The notes under the pieces were generated by a model, which was not told the DNA's origin, ran no database searches, and saw only the letters and a list, made by a program, of their open reading frames with translations. The position numbers and the translations under genes were made by a program. Below, in pieces: positions 29,620 through 39,372 of a DNA stretch of 64,000 nt. Each line of letters begins with the position of its first letter. Within the stretch, counting starts at the first letter, position 1. Origin of the DNA: Candidatus Pacearchaeota archaeon (GTDB taxonomy: Archaea; Nanobdellota; Nanobdellia; Pacearchaeales; GW2011-AR1); NCBI GenBank assembly GCA_017609755.1, contig JAFCDI010000001.1:4400-68399 (forward strand). The letters are read 5' to 3'.

Positions 29620-30134
29620 TTAATAAAATGAAAATCATATTATCTGAAAAACTTCCAAGAATTCTAAAAAATAAAGCAAGATTAGAGAAAAAATTAAATA
29701 TAAAAATAAGTAATAGAGGAAAAGAGATTAAAATAGAAGGAAAACCAGAAGAAGAATATATTGCTGAAAAAGTAATTGAAGCTTTAAATTTTGGATTTCC
29801 TTTTTCAGTAGCTATTCTTATTAAAGAAGAAGATTTAGAATTTGAAATGCTCAATATAAAAAATTACACTTCTAGAAAAGATTTAAAGAGCATAAGAGCA
29901 AGAATAATTGGAAAAGCTGGAAAAACTCTAAAAACTCTTTGTCAATTAACAAAATGTAATTTTGAGATAAAGGAAAATAGAGTTGGAATTATTGGTTCTG
30001 CAGAATTAATTAAAAATGCTCAAGAAGCAGTAATTTCAATTGTTCAAGGAGCAAAACAATCAAATGTTTATGCTCATTTAGAAAAAAATCAGCTTAAACC
30101 TGTTGTTGATTTAGGTTTAAAAGAAGATTTCTAA
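29616..30134 (+). CDS. KH-domain RNA-binding protein (Dim2/Pno1-like)
   Basis: Two KH-like segments with a GXXG loop, RIIGKAGKTLKTL. 172 aa. Confidence 0.6.
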   Translation: MINKMKIILSEKLPRILKNKARLEKKLNIKISNRGKEIKIEGKPEEEYIAEKVIEALNFGFPFSVAILIKEEDLEFEMLNIKNYTSRKDLKSIRARIIGKAGKTLKTLCQLTKCNFEIKENRVGIIGSAELIKNAQEAVISIVQGAKQSNVYAHLEKNQLKPVVDLGLKEDF

Positions 30135-30143
30135 GTAATAAAA

Positions 30144-30236
30144 CGTCCCGAGGAGGACTCGAACCTCCGACACCATGGTAACTGCGATTTTTTATAACCT
30201 AACAGCCATGCGCTCTACCAACTGAGCTATCGGGAC
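30144..30236 (-). tRNA. tRNA-Asn(GUU) with a 20-nt intron at the canonical position
   Basis: On minus strand: acceptor gtcccga/tcgggac, D gctc/gagc, anticodon stem catgg/ccatg, loop ctGTTa + intron ggttataaaaaatcgcagtt + a. Intron gcag pairs with ctgt (BHB). T-arm ggagg-ttcgagt-cctcc. Confidence 0.8.
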
Positions 30237-30314
30237 ATTATAATTCTAAATGCAAGATTCTTTTAAAGTTTACTATAGCATTAATTTTAAATAGATTCTT
30301 TTCTATTAAAAAAC

Positions 30315-30902
30315 ATGGAACTAAATAGAGCAATACAAGAAAGAAGAAGTATTCGAAAATTTAGAAGTGCGAAACCAGATTGGAGATATATTTTAGAGTG
30401 CATTGATAGTATAAGATATGCTCCAATGGCTGGAGGAAACTTTACCTTAAAAGTTATTTTAGTGGATGAAAAAGAAAAAATAATAAAACTCGCAGAAGCA
30501 TCACAACAAGAATTTATTAAATCTGCTCCTTATATTTTAGTAGTTTGTTCTGATAATTCAAGAACAATAAATGCATATGGAGAAAAAGGAGAAAGTTTTT
30601 GTAAACAACAAGCAGGTTCAGCAATTCAAAACTTTTTATTAAAAATAACAGAAAAAAGATTAGCTACTTGTTGGATAGGATATTTTGTTGAAGAGCAAGT
30701 AAAAAGAATTCTAAAAATTCCTGAAAAAATAAATATTGAAGCAATGTTTCCAATAGGTTATGAATTAGGAAAGCCTGAAAAAAGAAGAGTAAAAGCTAAT
30801 CTAGATAAGGCCCTTTATTTTAATGAATATGAAAAGGTTCAAATGAAGAAAATTCCAAAAATAGAAGGAAGAAGAATTGGAAAATTTAGAAATAAAAAAT
30901 AA
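30315..30902 (+). CDS. nitroreductase-family flavoprotein
   Basis: RRSIRKF N-terminal motif and 195 aa, as in the NfnB/NADH-oxidase family. Confidence 0.7.
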   Translation: MELNRAIQERRSIRKFRSAKPDWRYILECIDSIRYAPMAGGNFTLKVILVDEKEKIIKLAEASQQEFIKSAPYILVVCSDNSRTINAYGEKGESFCKQQAGSAIQNFLLKITEKRLATCWIGYFVEEQVKRILKIPEKINIEAMFPIGYELGKPEKRRVKANLDKALYFNEYEKVQMKKIPKIEGRRIGKFRNKK

Positions 30903-30917
30903 TTAATTCTATAAAAT

Positions 30918-31421
30918 TTAAGCAGTTCCAGAAGTTTTTCTTGAAGCTGTTTTAGGATTAGTCATTTGAGAAATAGGTGTTGAATCTAGAGTTGATTTTC
31001 TTGGATGACTTGAAACTGCTTGTTTTGAATTAGTTGAAGGCTCTGTCTTAGAAGCTGAAGGTGAAATTTTTGAAGTTGTTGGCTTTTCAGTTTTAGTTTT
31101 AATTGGTTTTTCTTTTTTTAGTGGAGTCTGAGTTTCAGTCAAATCAATATCTAATTCAATTCCTTTAAGAATTTTTAAAGCAAGATTTGTAAGAGCTCCA
31201 AATAATAATCCACTAATAAATCCTATAATTGTATACGATAGCAAAATAACTAAAAGAGACATTCCAAATCCTAATCCAATTAAAGTTAGAAAATTAAAAC
31301 TAGAGAAATTAATTAAATAAACAACTAAAAGAATAAAATCCATTATTACTGCTATAAAAGCTCCTAACAATCCACAAAATAGAGCCAATCTTAGCACATT
31401 AAATCTATTTATAGTTGCCAT
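30918..31421 (-). CDS. membrane protein with a Ser/Thr/Pro/Lys-rich C-terminal low-complexity region
   Basis: Two or three TM at the N-terminus, then TQTPLKKEKPIKTKTEKPTTSKISPSASKTEPST.... Confidence 0.35.
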   Translation of the reverse strand: MATINRFNVLRLALFCGLLGAFIAVIMDFILLVVYLINFSSFNFLTLIGLGFGMSLLVILLSYTIIGFISGLLFGALTNLALKILKGIELDIDLTETQTPLKKEKPIKTKTEKPTTSKISPSASKTEPSTNSKQAVSSHPRKSTLDSTPISQMTNPKTASRKTSGTA

Positions 31422-31538
31422 TTTCCTCTTTTATGAAACAATAAAAGAAAAACACTATAAAAACCTTGCTAAAAAATGCCTTTCTCCTAAAAAGAAGAAA
31501 GGCAAAATAAAAACTATTTTATAAATTAAAATAAAAAA

Positions 31539-32618
31539 TTACTTAATAACTTCAATACCTAAATCAGACATTTCCCTTGATACAGGAACACTTGATTCTT
31601 CAAGACTTCTTCCAAGCACATAAGGAGAAGAAACTCCTGTCATAATTGTTATTACTCTAACTTTTCCAGTAAATTCTTTGCTAATTCTAGCTCCAATAAT
31701 AACTTGTGCTTCTGGATTCAAATTCTCAGAAACTGCTCTTCCAATCACATCAAACTCTTCTAATTTCAAATCAGGTCCACAAGTAACATGTATTAAAGCT
31801 CCGCTAGCACCTTGATAATCCACGTCAAGTAGAGGATGTGTAAGGGCTTGCTTTACTGCTTCCATAACACGGTCTTGTGTATCTGCTTCTCCAATACCAA
31901 TAACTGAAACACCACCATCTTTCATAATTGATGAAACATCTGCATAATCCAAATTAATCAAACTTGGAAGCGTAATTGTTTCTACAATTCCTTTAACCAT
32001 AGTGCTCACAAGTTCGTTTGCAACTGCAAAAGCCTGCTCAATAGGTAATTGTCCTGCAATATCAACAAGCCGATTATTGTCTAGAACTATACATGTATCT
32101 GTTACATCTCTAAGTTCTTGCAATCCAAATTCAGCTTTGTCAATTCTTGCTTTTTCTGATTCAAAAGGCATAGTTACTACTCCAATAACAACTGCTCCTG
32201 TTTCTTTAGCAAGTTGAGCAATTACTGGTGCTGCTCCTGTTCCTGTTCCACCACCTTCTCCAGCAATTACAAAAACCATATCAGCTCCACCAACCATTTT
32301 CTTAATATCAACTACTGCTTCTTTTGCAGCTTCTCTACCTCTCTGAGGTTTTCCACCACACCCTAATCCTCGAGTCAATTCTTTTCCTATCAAAATCTTT
32401 TCATCTGCTTTAGTAACACTTAAATGAAGTGCATCTGTATTTGCTGCATAAATTGAAGCACCATTAATACCTTTGTTAAAGAGCCATGTTACTGCATTAC
32501 AACCCATTCCACCAACTCCAATAACCTTAATATTTGCTTTTCCAGCTCTAAGTTCATCAAAATTAATGCTGTGAGTTCCTGTGTTTGCTATTGCCTCTTT
32601 TGCAAAATCTAATACCAT
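31539..32618 (-). CDS. ftsZ: cell division GTPase FtsZ
   Basis: Tubulin signature GGGTGTGAAPVIA, GVGGMGCNAV. 359 aa. SD cctcc at 32627-32631 on minus. Confidence 0.9.
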   Translation of the reverse strand: MVLDFAKEAIANTGTHSINFDELRAGKANIKVIGVGGMGCNAVTWLFNKGINGASIYAANTDALHLSVTKADEKILIGKELTRGLGCGGKPQRGREAAKEAVVDIKKMVGGADMVFVIAGEGGGTGTGAAPVIAQLAKETGAVVIGVVTMPFESEKARIDKAEFGLQELRDVTDTCIVLDNNRLVDIAGQLPIEQAFAVANELVSTMVKGIVETITLPSLINLDYADVSSIMKDGGVSVIGIGEADTQDRVMEAVKQALTHPLLDVDYQGASGALIHVTCGPDLKLEEFDVIGRAVSENLNPEAQVIIGARISKEFTGKVRVITIMTGVSSPYVLGRSLEESSVPVSREMSDLGIEVIK

Positions 32619-32817
32619 CTTTTTAACCTCCTTATAACTTTATATTCCTTTTCTACGAAAAGTTTATATAGCTGGCATACTTCCAACTATTGTTAAGGAA
32701 AAGAGGAGAAATCACCTCTATACAACTACTAATTATTCAACTCCTCAATTGAATAATTAATATATAAAAATAGCAATAGAGAATTCTTTAAATAAATTTT
32801 GGTGATAAAAAGAAAGT

Positions 32818-33390
32818 TTATTTTAAACTTTTTTCTAGATTTTCAATCTTTTTCCAAGTGTTTTTTAGTTTGATATTTGCCCTTTTGACTAATATTTTTA
32901 AAAAATTATCATTCACAAGAATTTTTCCATTATTAATTATTGGAAATTCTAATCTTTCTGTGCTATTTAACTCAAGAACATATTTTGTATTTACTGCAAT
33001 AATTCCTGATTTTTTCCAACCTGCTAATTTTGCTTTAAAATATAATTTGTTTGCACTCTCTAATTCTCTACTTGCAACATGAAGAGCACAAGGATCTAAT
33101 TTAAACTTAATTAATTGTTTTGTTTTTTCTGCAATCTCTTGCAAATCTTCTTTTAATTGTTTAAAACTAATTAAATTATGATATCTTTTAAGAAACAAGT
33201 TTCTTGCTTTTTTATCTTTATCTGGAATTATTATTATTCTTCCAGAACAAGAAGAAGTTGTATAATAATTATCTAATTTATTTATTTTATTGCATAATTT
33301 AACAATTTTCTCATCCCATTTTCCAATAGAGGATTTATCTTTTCTAGATAAAACATCTTTTTTTCTCTGCAAGAAAATATCTCTGAGCAT
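32818..33390 (-). CDS. taw3: tRNA wybutosine-synthesizing protein 3 homolog (Taw3/TYW3 methyltransferase)
   Basis: YTTSSCSGRI matches the (S/T)xSSCxGR signature of TYW3. 190 aa. Confidence 0.65.
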   Translation of the reverse strand: MLRDIFLQRKKDVLSRKDKSSIGKWDEKIVKLCNKINKLDNYYTTSSCSGRIIIIPDKDKKARNLFLKRYHNLISFKQLKEDLQEIAEKTKQLIKFKLDPCALHVASRELESANKLYFKAKLAGWKKSGIIAVNTKYVLELNSTERLEFPIINNGKILVNDNFLKILVKRANIKLKNTWKKIENLEKSLK

Positions 33391-33715
33391 TATAAATAAA
33401 ATAAGAAAATCTTTATATATTTTAAGGAGCTATCTAAAATATGAGAATAAGTCTTTTGGTCCTGGAGATATCAAATATCATTATCAAAAAATCCTTAGAA
33501 TAAAAGAAAAAGCTTTACAAAAGCATATTGAAAACCTTGCTAAAGTATTAGCAGAATCTAGTCATTCTATTGCTATTGTTCCAGATAAAGGAATTTGCTT
33601 AGAGATAACAAAATCTTATAAAAAACAAGGTGGAAAAGAGCATTTGCAATAATTCCAAAAAATGATAACAAATACAGAATAAAACATTTAAAGGAAAATA
33701 TAAAAAATAATTTAT

Positions 33716-34075
33716 TTGATGAAAAAAATAAACTTAAAAACATGGCAAGAAAAATTATTTAATCTAGTAGTATATGGAGATGTTTGCCTTTATTTAGGCT
33801 CTAGTATTGGTTCAAATGCTGAATTATTAGCATCTGTTTATAGATATAATAAATTAAATAAATTTAAAAAAGATAAAAAGAAATTTGACAAAGAAATCAT
33901 AGCAGGTTCAAAAAATTCTTTAACATTTTTAATTTACACTCCTTTTTTAAAATCAAAAATATTTTCTAGAGAAATAGAAATCTACTTAAAGAAATATAAT
34001 CTTAAATTAGAGTATATTAAATCTCCAAAACAACTTAAAGAAAAACTTGAAAAACTAACTCTTTTCAAGAATTAA
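33716..34075 (+). CDS. hypothetical protein
   Basis: 119-aa ORF. Confidence 0.3.
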   Translation: MMKKINLKTWQEKLFNLVVYGDVCLYLGSSIGSNAELLASVYRYNKLNKFKKDKKKFDKEIIAGSKNSLTFLIYTPFLKSKIFSREIEIYLKKYNLKLEYIKSPKQLKEKLEKLTLFKN

Positions 34076-34720
34076 AGCATTTATTCCTTCTTTTTTACAC
34101 AATTCAACAAACTCTTCAGCATCTGATTTAGTTCCAATTATACTTGCATAATGCATTGGAATTGCTAAAGTAGGTTTAATAATTTTAGCTGCTTCAACTG
34201 CTTCTTCAACATCCATTGTAAATCTTCCTCCAATAGGAAGAAGAGCAACAAATTCTTTTCCTGATTGCCTATATCCTGTTAATTTTTGCATTTCAGGAAT
34301 AATATCAGTATCTCCAGCATGATAAATTAAAACATTGCCAATTTTTATTAAATATCCTACCCATCCTTCATCTTTAGAATGAAAATGTTTATCAATATTA
34401 TAAGCAGGTAAAACAGCTAATTTCATATTTCCTAAACTAAGCTCTCTTCCAGATTCTACTATTTCCATTTCAATAGATTCTTCAAATCGAGTTATTTTAC
34501 TTTGACAATCTGCAGGAATAATTATTTTTGTTCCTTCTTGAACAATTTTCTCAATATCTGCAAAACTGCAATGATCATAATGGCTATGAGTAAGAAGAAT
34601 TATGTCTGCTTTTTCATCTGTTTCTTTAATATTATAAGGGTCTATGTAAATTGTCTTAGAATTTTTTATTAAAAATCCAGAATGTCCTAACCATTTTATT
34701 TCTATATCTTTTATATGCAT
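34055..34720 (-). CDS. MBL-fold metal-dependent hydrolase (UPF0173-like)
   Basis: IKWLGHSGFLI and LLTHSHYDHCS (HxHxDH motif). Confidence 0.7.
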   Translation of the reverse strand: MHIKDIEIKWLGHSGFLIKNSKTIYIDPYNIKETDEKADIILLTHSHYDHCSFADIEKIVQEGTKIIIPADCQSKITRFEESIEMEIVESGRELSLGNMKLAVLPAYNIDKHFHSKDEGWVGYLIKIGNVLIYHAGDTDIIPEMQKLTGYRQSGKEFVALLPIGGRFTMDVEEAVEAAKIIKPTLAIPMHYASIIGTKSDAEEFVELCKKEGINALILEKS

Positions 34721-34765
34721 AAATTCTCAAAGAGCTATTGATTTTTAAACTTAATTGCAGAAAAT

Positions 34766-35056
34766 CTACTTTTTTAAATTTTTAAAATAACCAATATAAT
34801 ATTCAGGATAATATTCACCATCTATTTCAGGAGGAAATTCATAATATTCTCCAAGCAATTCAACTACTTTTTTCAAATAATATCTTGCTTCTTCTTCACT
34901 TTCAGAAAATTTCATTAAATCATAAATAGTAATTTCTGCCTCAAGTTCTAAAGAACCTCTAACAGGAGGAAAATAACTAAAACGATTCTCTTCAAGAACC
35001 ATTGTAAATAATTCTTGCTTAAGTATTTCCAAGATTTCTTCAGGAGTTTTATTCAT
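34766..35056 (-). CDS. hypothetical protein
   Basis: 96-aa acidic ORF. Confidence 0.3.
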   Translation of the reverse strand: MNKTPEEILEILKQELFTMVLEENRFSYFPPVRGSLELEAEITIYDLMKFSESEEEARYYLKKVVELLGEYYEFPPEIDGEYYPEYYIGYFKNLKK

Positions 35057-35149
35057 AAAATAATAAATATAAAAAAATATAATTATTTTTTGGTTTATAG
35101 TAAAAAATTAATTAAAAATAAAAAAAGAAAGAAAAAAACAAAACTAAAA

Positions 35150-35203
35150 TTATTCTTCGTCTTCTTCGTCCATATCTTCCTCTTCGTTCATATCTTCTTC
35201 CAT
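35150..35203 (-). CDS. 17-aa acidic micro-ORF (MEEDMNEEEDMDEEDEE) behind a perfect Shine-Dalgarno. Speculative.
   Basis: On minus strand GGAGGTAAAACC ATG ... TAA. SD cctcc at 35211-35215. Confidence 0.2.
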   Translation of the reverse strand: MEEDMNEEEDMDEEDEE

Positions 35204-35310
35204 GGTTTTACCTCCATTTTAGATAAAAAGTCCTTAATCTAATTGGCTTTTAAAGATGAATTTACACTGCAAAATTAAGAAAAAACCTACAAAAGATTTA
35301 AAAAGCGGTT

Positions 35311-36597
35311 TTAAGGATTAAATCTATTTGGAGTTCTTGGAAAAGGTATTGCATCTTTTATTGTATCAAAACCACATATCCATGCAACTAATCTCTCAAT
35401 TCCTAAACCAAATCCAGAATGAGGAACACTTCCATATCTTCTTGAATCAAGATACCAATTTGAAGCACCTAAATCTATTTTAGCTTTTTTTAATCTTTCA
35501 ATTATTTTATCTAAATTAGGTTCTCTCTGTGAACCATCAACTAATTCTCCAATTTTTGGAGCTAAAAGATTAAAATTAGTTCCTGTTCCAGGTTTTTTTA
35601 AATCTTCTCCATGATAAAATTTCAAAAGACTCAAAGGATAATTAGTTACAAAAACAAATGAATTTCCATAATATTTTGCTAAACTTCTCTCTTCTGCAGA
35701 ACCAAAATCATCTCCATATTTTATTTTATGTCCTTTAGTTCTTAACTTTTCAACAGCTTCTTTATAACTAATTTTCTTAAAGGGACTTTTAACTTTTTTA
35801 AGCATTGAAATGTCTGCTTCTAAAATTTCTAGCTCTTTTTTATTTTCTTTAAGAATTTTATCAATAACATAAACAATGCATTTTTCTGCTATATTCATAT
35901 CATCTTCTAAATTCATCCAAGCCCCTTCTAATTCATAATGCCAAAATTCTGTTACATGCCAAGGAGTTTTTGATTTTTCTGCTCTAAAACTAGGAGCAAT
36001 AGCATAAACTTTTTCAAAAGCATTTACAAAATTTTCAGCATAAAATTGCCAAGATTGAGTCATATAAGCTTTTTTTCCAAAATAATTTACTTCAAAAACT
36101 TCAGAACCTCCTTCACTCGCTGCTCCACTCATTGAAGGAGCCTGAATTTCAATAAATCCATTTTTATGTGAGAACTCATGCAAAGCAAATAAAACAGCTG
36201 AACGAATTTTCATGCTCGCAGTCATTTTTCTACTTCTCAGCCAGAGATGTCTTCTATCTCCTAAAAGTTCTTCATTTAAATCTTTTTGAATTGGAAATTC
36301 ATTTGAGAATCCAATAATATTTATTTTATCTACAGAAATTTCATATCCTGTAGGAGCTCTTTTATCTGCTTTTATTATTCCTTCAATTTCAACAGAAGTT
36401 TCTACTTGCAATTTATCAATTTCTTCCCAGTTTTCCTCAAATTTTTCTCTTTCTAAAACACATTGAATAATATCTGTAGAATCTCTTAAAATCAAAAATT
36501 TTCTTTTATTACTTCCTCTTTCTCTATAAATCCAACCACGCACAGCTATTTTTCCTTTTTTCTTTTCAATAGCCTCTGAAATAGAAATAAATTTCAT
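35311..36597 (-). CDS. asnS: asparaginyl-tRNA synthetase (class IIb)
   Basis: Motif 3 region YGSVPHSGFGLGIERLVAWICGFDTIKDAIPFPRTPNRFNP is AsnRS-type. N-terminal OB anticodon-binding domain. Confidence 0.8.
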   Translation of the reverse strand: MKFISISEAIEKKKGKIAVRGWIYRERGSNKRKFLILRDSTDIIQCVLEREKFEENWEEIDKLQVETSVEIEGIIKADKRAPTGYEISVDKINIIGFSNEFPIQKDLNEELLGDRRHLWLRSRKMTASMKIRSAVLFALHEFSHKNGFIEIQAPSMSGAASEGGSEVFEVNYFGKKAYMTQSWQFYAENFVNAFEKVYAIAPSFRAEKSKTPWHVTEFWHYELEGAWMNLEDDMNIAEKCIVYVIDKILKENKKELEILEADISMLKKVKSPFKKISYKEAVEKLRTKGHKIKYGDDFGSAEERSLAKYYGNSFVFVTNYPLSLLKFYHGEDLKKPGTGTNFNLLAPKIGELVDGSQREPNLDKIIERLKKAKIDLGASNWYLDSRRYGSVPHSGFGLGIERLVAWICGFDTIKDAIPFPRTPNRFNP

Positions 36598-37874
36598 GGT
36601 GTTAATCTCCTTCTATCTCTTGGAAATAAAGTTCCTTCTCTAATATTTTCAAGTCCAAGAATAGCATAAGTTAATCTTTCTAATCCAATGCTCCAACCTC
36701 CATGATAAGGCGCACCATATCTAAAAGCATCAATATACCATTTAAAATTTTCTGGATTTAATTTTTTAGATTTTAACTGATTAATTAAAATTTCTGGAAT
36801 ATGAACTCTCTGTCCTCCAGAAGAAATTTCAACACCTCCATACACTGCATCAAATCCTCCTGAAATTCCTTTTTTTTCTTCTTTAGGCCAAATATAAAAT
36901 GGCTTCATATCTATAGGCCAATCATATGTAAAAATAATTGTATTTGGAAAAAGAGCACATAGTTTTTTTTCTGCTTCTGGTTCAAAATCATCGCCTATTT
37001 TAATTTTAAATCCTTCTTTTGCAAGAATTTTTACTGCTTCTTCATAAGTTAAATATTTTACTTTAGGAATCTTTAAATTCACATCTAATAATTTTAATTC
37101 CTCTGAACAATTTTCAATAACTTCTTTAACAATATATTTTACTGCGCCTTCTAAATGTTTCATAACTTCAATATCATTAGCAAAGGCACATTCAATATCC
37201 ATTTGTCTTATTTCATTAATATGTTTAGAAGTGTCATGTTTTTCAGCTCTCCAAATTGTATTTGTTGAAAATACTTTTTCTAGAGAAATAGCCATTAATT
37301 GTTTATATAGTTGAGGACTTTGAGCTAAATATGCTTTTTGATTAAAATATTTTATTTCAAATAAATCAGTTCCTCCTTCTGTTGAAGTTGCAATAATTGC
37401 TGGAGGCTGAATTTCAATAAATTCTCTATCATAAAAATATTTTCTAAAAGCATTTATAATTGTTGATTGTACTCTAAAAATTGCTTTTATTTTAGGCTTT
37501 CTAACATCTAAACTTCGATAATCTAATCTTCTAGGCAAATCAGAAATAACTGTTTTTTCATTAACTTGAATAGGTAATTTTTCAGCTCTACTTAAAATTT
37601 TTATATCAGAAACTTCCACTTCAACATCTTTACGAACAAATTCTGCTTTGATATTTGCTTTTTTCACTTTTCCTTTTATCTCAATAACTGATTCAAGAGT
37701 TAAATTAGCAACTTTGTCTACTAAGTCCTTATTCTTTACAAGACATTGCACAATGCCAGAACTATCTCTTAAAAGAAAAAAAGACATTTTAGACATTGTT
37801 CTTGATTCATAAATCCATCCCTTTAAGAGAACTTCTGAATTTAATTTCAAATTTCTAACATAAGAGCGTTCCAT
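36594..37874 (-). CDS. aspS: aspartyl-tRNA synthetase (archaeal type, class IIb)
   Basis: YGAPYHGGWSIGLERLTYAILGLENIREGTLFPRDRRRLTP with the archaeal AspRS C-terminal FPRD..RLTP. Overlaps asnS by 4 nt. Confidence 0.8.
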   Translation of the reverse strand: MERSYVRNLKLNSEVLLKGWIYESRTMSKMSFFLLRDSSGIVQCLVKNKDLVDKVANLTLESVIEIKGKVKKANIKAEFVRKDVEVEVSDIKILSRAEKLPIQVNEKTVISDLPRRLDYRSLDVRKPKIKAIFRVQSTIINAFRKYFYDREFIEIQPPAIIATSTEGGTDLFEIKYFNQKAYLAQSPQLYKQLMAISLEKVFSTNTIWRAEKHDTSKHINEIRQMDIECAFANDIEVMKHLEGAVKYIVKEVIENCSEELKLLDVNLKIPKVKYLTYEEAVKILAKEGFKIKIGDDFEPEAEKKLCALFPNTIIFTYDWPIDMKPFYIWPKEEKKGISGGFDAVYGGVEISSGGQRVHIPEILINQLKSKKLNPENFKWYIDAFRYGAPYHGGWSIGLERLTYAILGLENIREGTLFPRDRRRLTP

Positions 37875-37908
37875 AATTAAAGTAGAAAAAGGGAATTTAT
37901 TAAGTTTA

Positions 37909-39342
37909 TTATTTCAAATATTTAGAGATTATTTCACTTATCTCTCTTCCACTAATCTTTCCTGCAAATTCTTTCATAATTAATCCCATATATGCTTTTT
38001 CAGAGAGTCCTGGTTTTTCTTTTATTAATTTAATTATTTTTTCCTCAATTTCAGATATTTCTAATTTTTCTTCTTCTGCTTCTTCTCCTTTTACAATTTT
38101 TTCTAAAACAAATTTAAGATTTCCTTCTGATATTTTTCCCTGTTTTACTTTTTGTAAAATAGAGTCAATATGTAAATCAAGAATTTCTTCTACTTCACTT
38201 AAATTCTTTTTATTTCTAGCAGCAATCTCTCTAGGATACATTAAAAGAATCTTTGCTATTAAAATTGGATTGTTAATAATTTTTAAAAGAGCTTTAAATT
38301 CTTCAAATTTGTTTTCCTTAAATAATAATTTAATCATATCTTTATTAAGTCCCATTTTATCCAAATCTTTTTCAATTTCTTTTTTTAATCTAGGAAGCTC
38401 TTTTTTTGCTTCATTAATAAGATTTCTAGAAATTTTTAATAAAGGTAAATCAGTTTCAGGATACATTCTAGAACTTCCTGGAAGAGGCCTCAAAAATTTT
38501 GAAGTTCCATCAGATAAAACATTTCTAACTTCCATTTCAGTAGGCTTTTTATCATCTGATAATTTTTTTTGTCTTTCAATTTCTTTTTCAATTGCTTGAA
38601 TAAATATATTCATATTTTGCATTCCTTTCATTTCAACTCTATTTTCTCCTCTAATGGAAAGATTCACATCTTGTCTAATAGTTCCTATTCCTCTTTTCAC
38701 TTTACAACTTCTAAGAATTTCTCCAATCTGCAATGCAGTTTCTTTTGCATGCTCTGCATTTTTAATTTGAGGAGCAGTAACAATTTCAACTAAAGGAATT
38801 CCCAATCTATCTAATCTATAAATTTCTCTTGTATCTGTCCTCTCAATAATTCTAGAAGAATCTTCTTCTAAAAATAAAGATTCAATATTTACTTTTCCCT
38901 GAAAAGTATTTACAAAACCATTCATAGCAATTAAAACAGTTCTCTGAAAACCAGAAGTATTAGAACCATCAATAACAGTCTTTCTCATAATTTGTGTAAG
39001 TGGAACAATTTTCATATTCATTAAAAGAGCTATTTGAATCGCTATTTTCAATGCTTCTGAATTTATTTCAGAAGGAGGCTCTTCATCTAATTCAACCAAA
39101 CAAGTAGTATCTTCATATCCTTGATAAACAAAATCCTTATTTAATTCTGCTTGATGCAGAGCAGCAATATCAATTTCTCCGCTTTCTCCTGGAACAGCGT
39201 GAAGTTTTCTTTTAATTTCAAAATCAGGTTTCTCTTTTCTCAAAACACTTGGACAAGCACAAAATAATTTAGAACTATCTAATTGTTGATGAATTTCCAA
39301 GCCTGCTTTAAATTGCAATTTTTTATAATCTATTTTAGACAT
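37909..39342 (-). CDS. gatE: Glu-tRNA(Gln) amidotransferase subunit E-like (GatB/GatE family, short 477-aa form)
   Basis: N-terminus GLEIHQQLDSSKLFCACPS resembles the GatE (HQQL) start. C-terminal GatB/YqeY-like helical domain. Lacks the insertion typical of roughly 620-aa GatE. Confidence 0.6.
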   Translation of the reverse strand: MSKIDYKKLQFKAGLEIHQQLDSSKLFCACPSVLRKEKPDFEIKRKLHAVPGESGEIDIAALHQAELNKDFVYQGYEDTTCLVELDEEPPSEINSEALKIAIQIALLMNMKIVPLTQIMRKTVIDGSNTSGFQRTVLIAMNGFVNTFQGKVNIESLFLEEDSSRIIERTDTREIYRLDRLGIPLVEIVTAPQIKNAEHAKETALQIGEILRSCKVKRGIGTIRQDVNLSIRGENRVEMKGMQNMNIFIQAIEKEIERQKKLSDDKKPTEMEVRNVLSDGTSKFLRPLPGSSRMYPETDLPLLKISRNLINEAKKELPRLKKEIEKDLDKMGLNKDMIKLLFKENKFEEFKALLKIINNPILIAKILLMYPREIAARNKKNLSEVEEILDLHIDSILQKVKQGKISEGNLKFVLEKIVKGEEAEEEKLEISEIEEKIIKLIKEKPGLSEKAYMGLIMKEFAGKISGREISEIISKYLK

Positions 39343-39372
39343 AAATAAAAAAGAGAATCAGATTATTTAAAA

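Noticed and set aside
33290-33652. 120-aa ORF overlapping the taw3 start, and a 20-codon SD-preceded ORF at 33441
   Set aside because: The N-terminal two-thirds is antisense to taw3, and the remaining part has no ATG start of its own. Possibly a small non-ATG-initiated gene, but unsupported.
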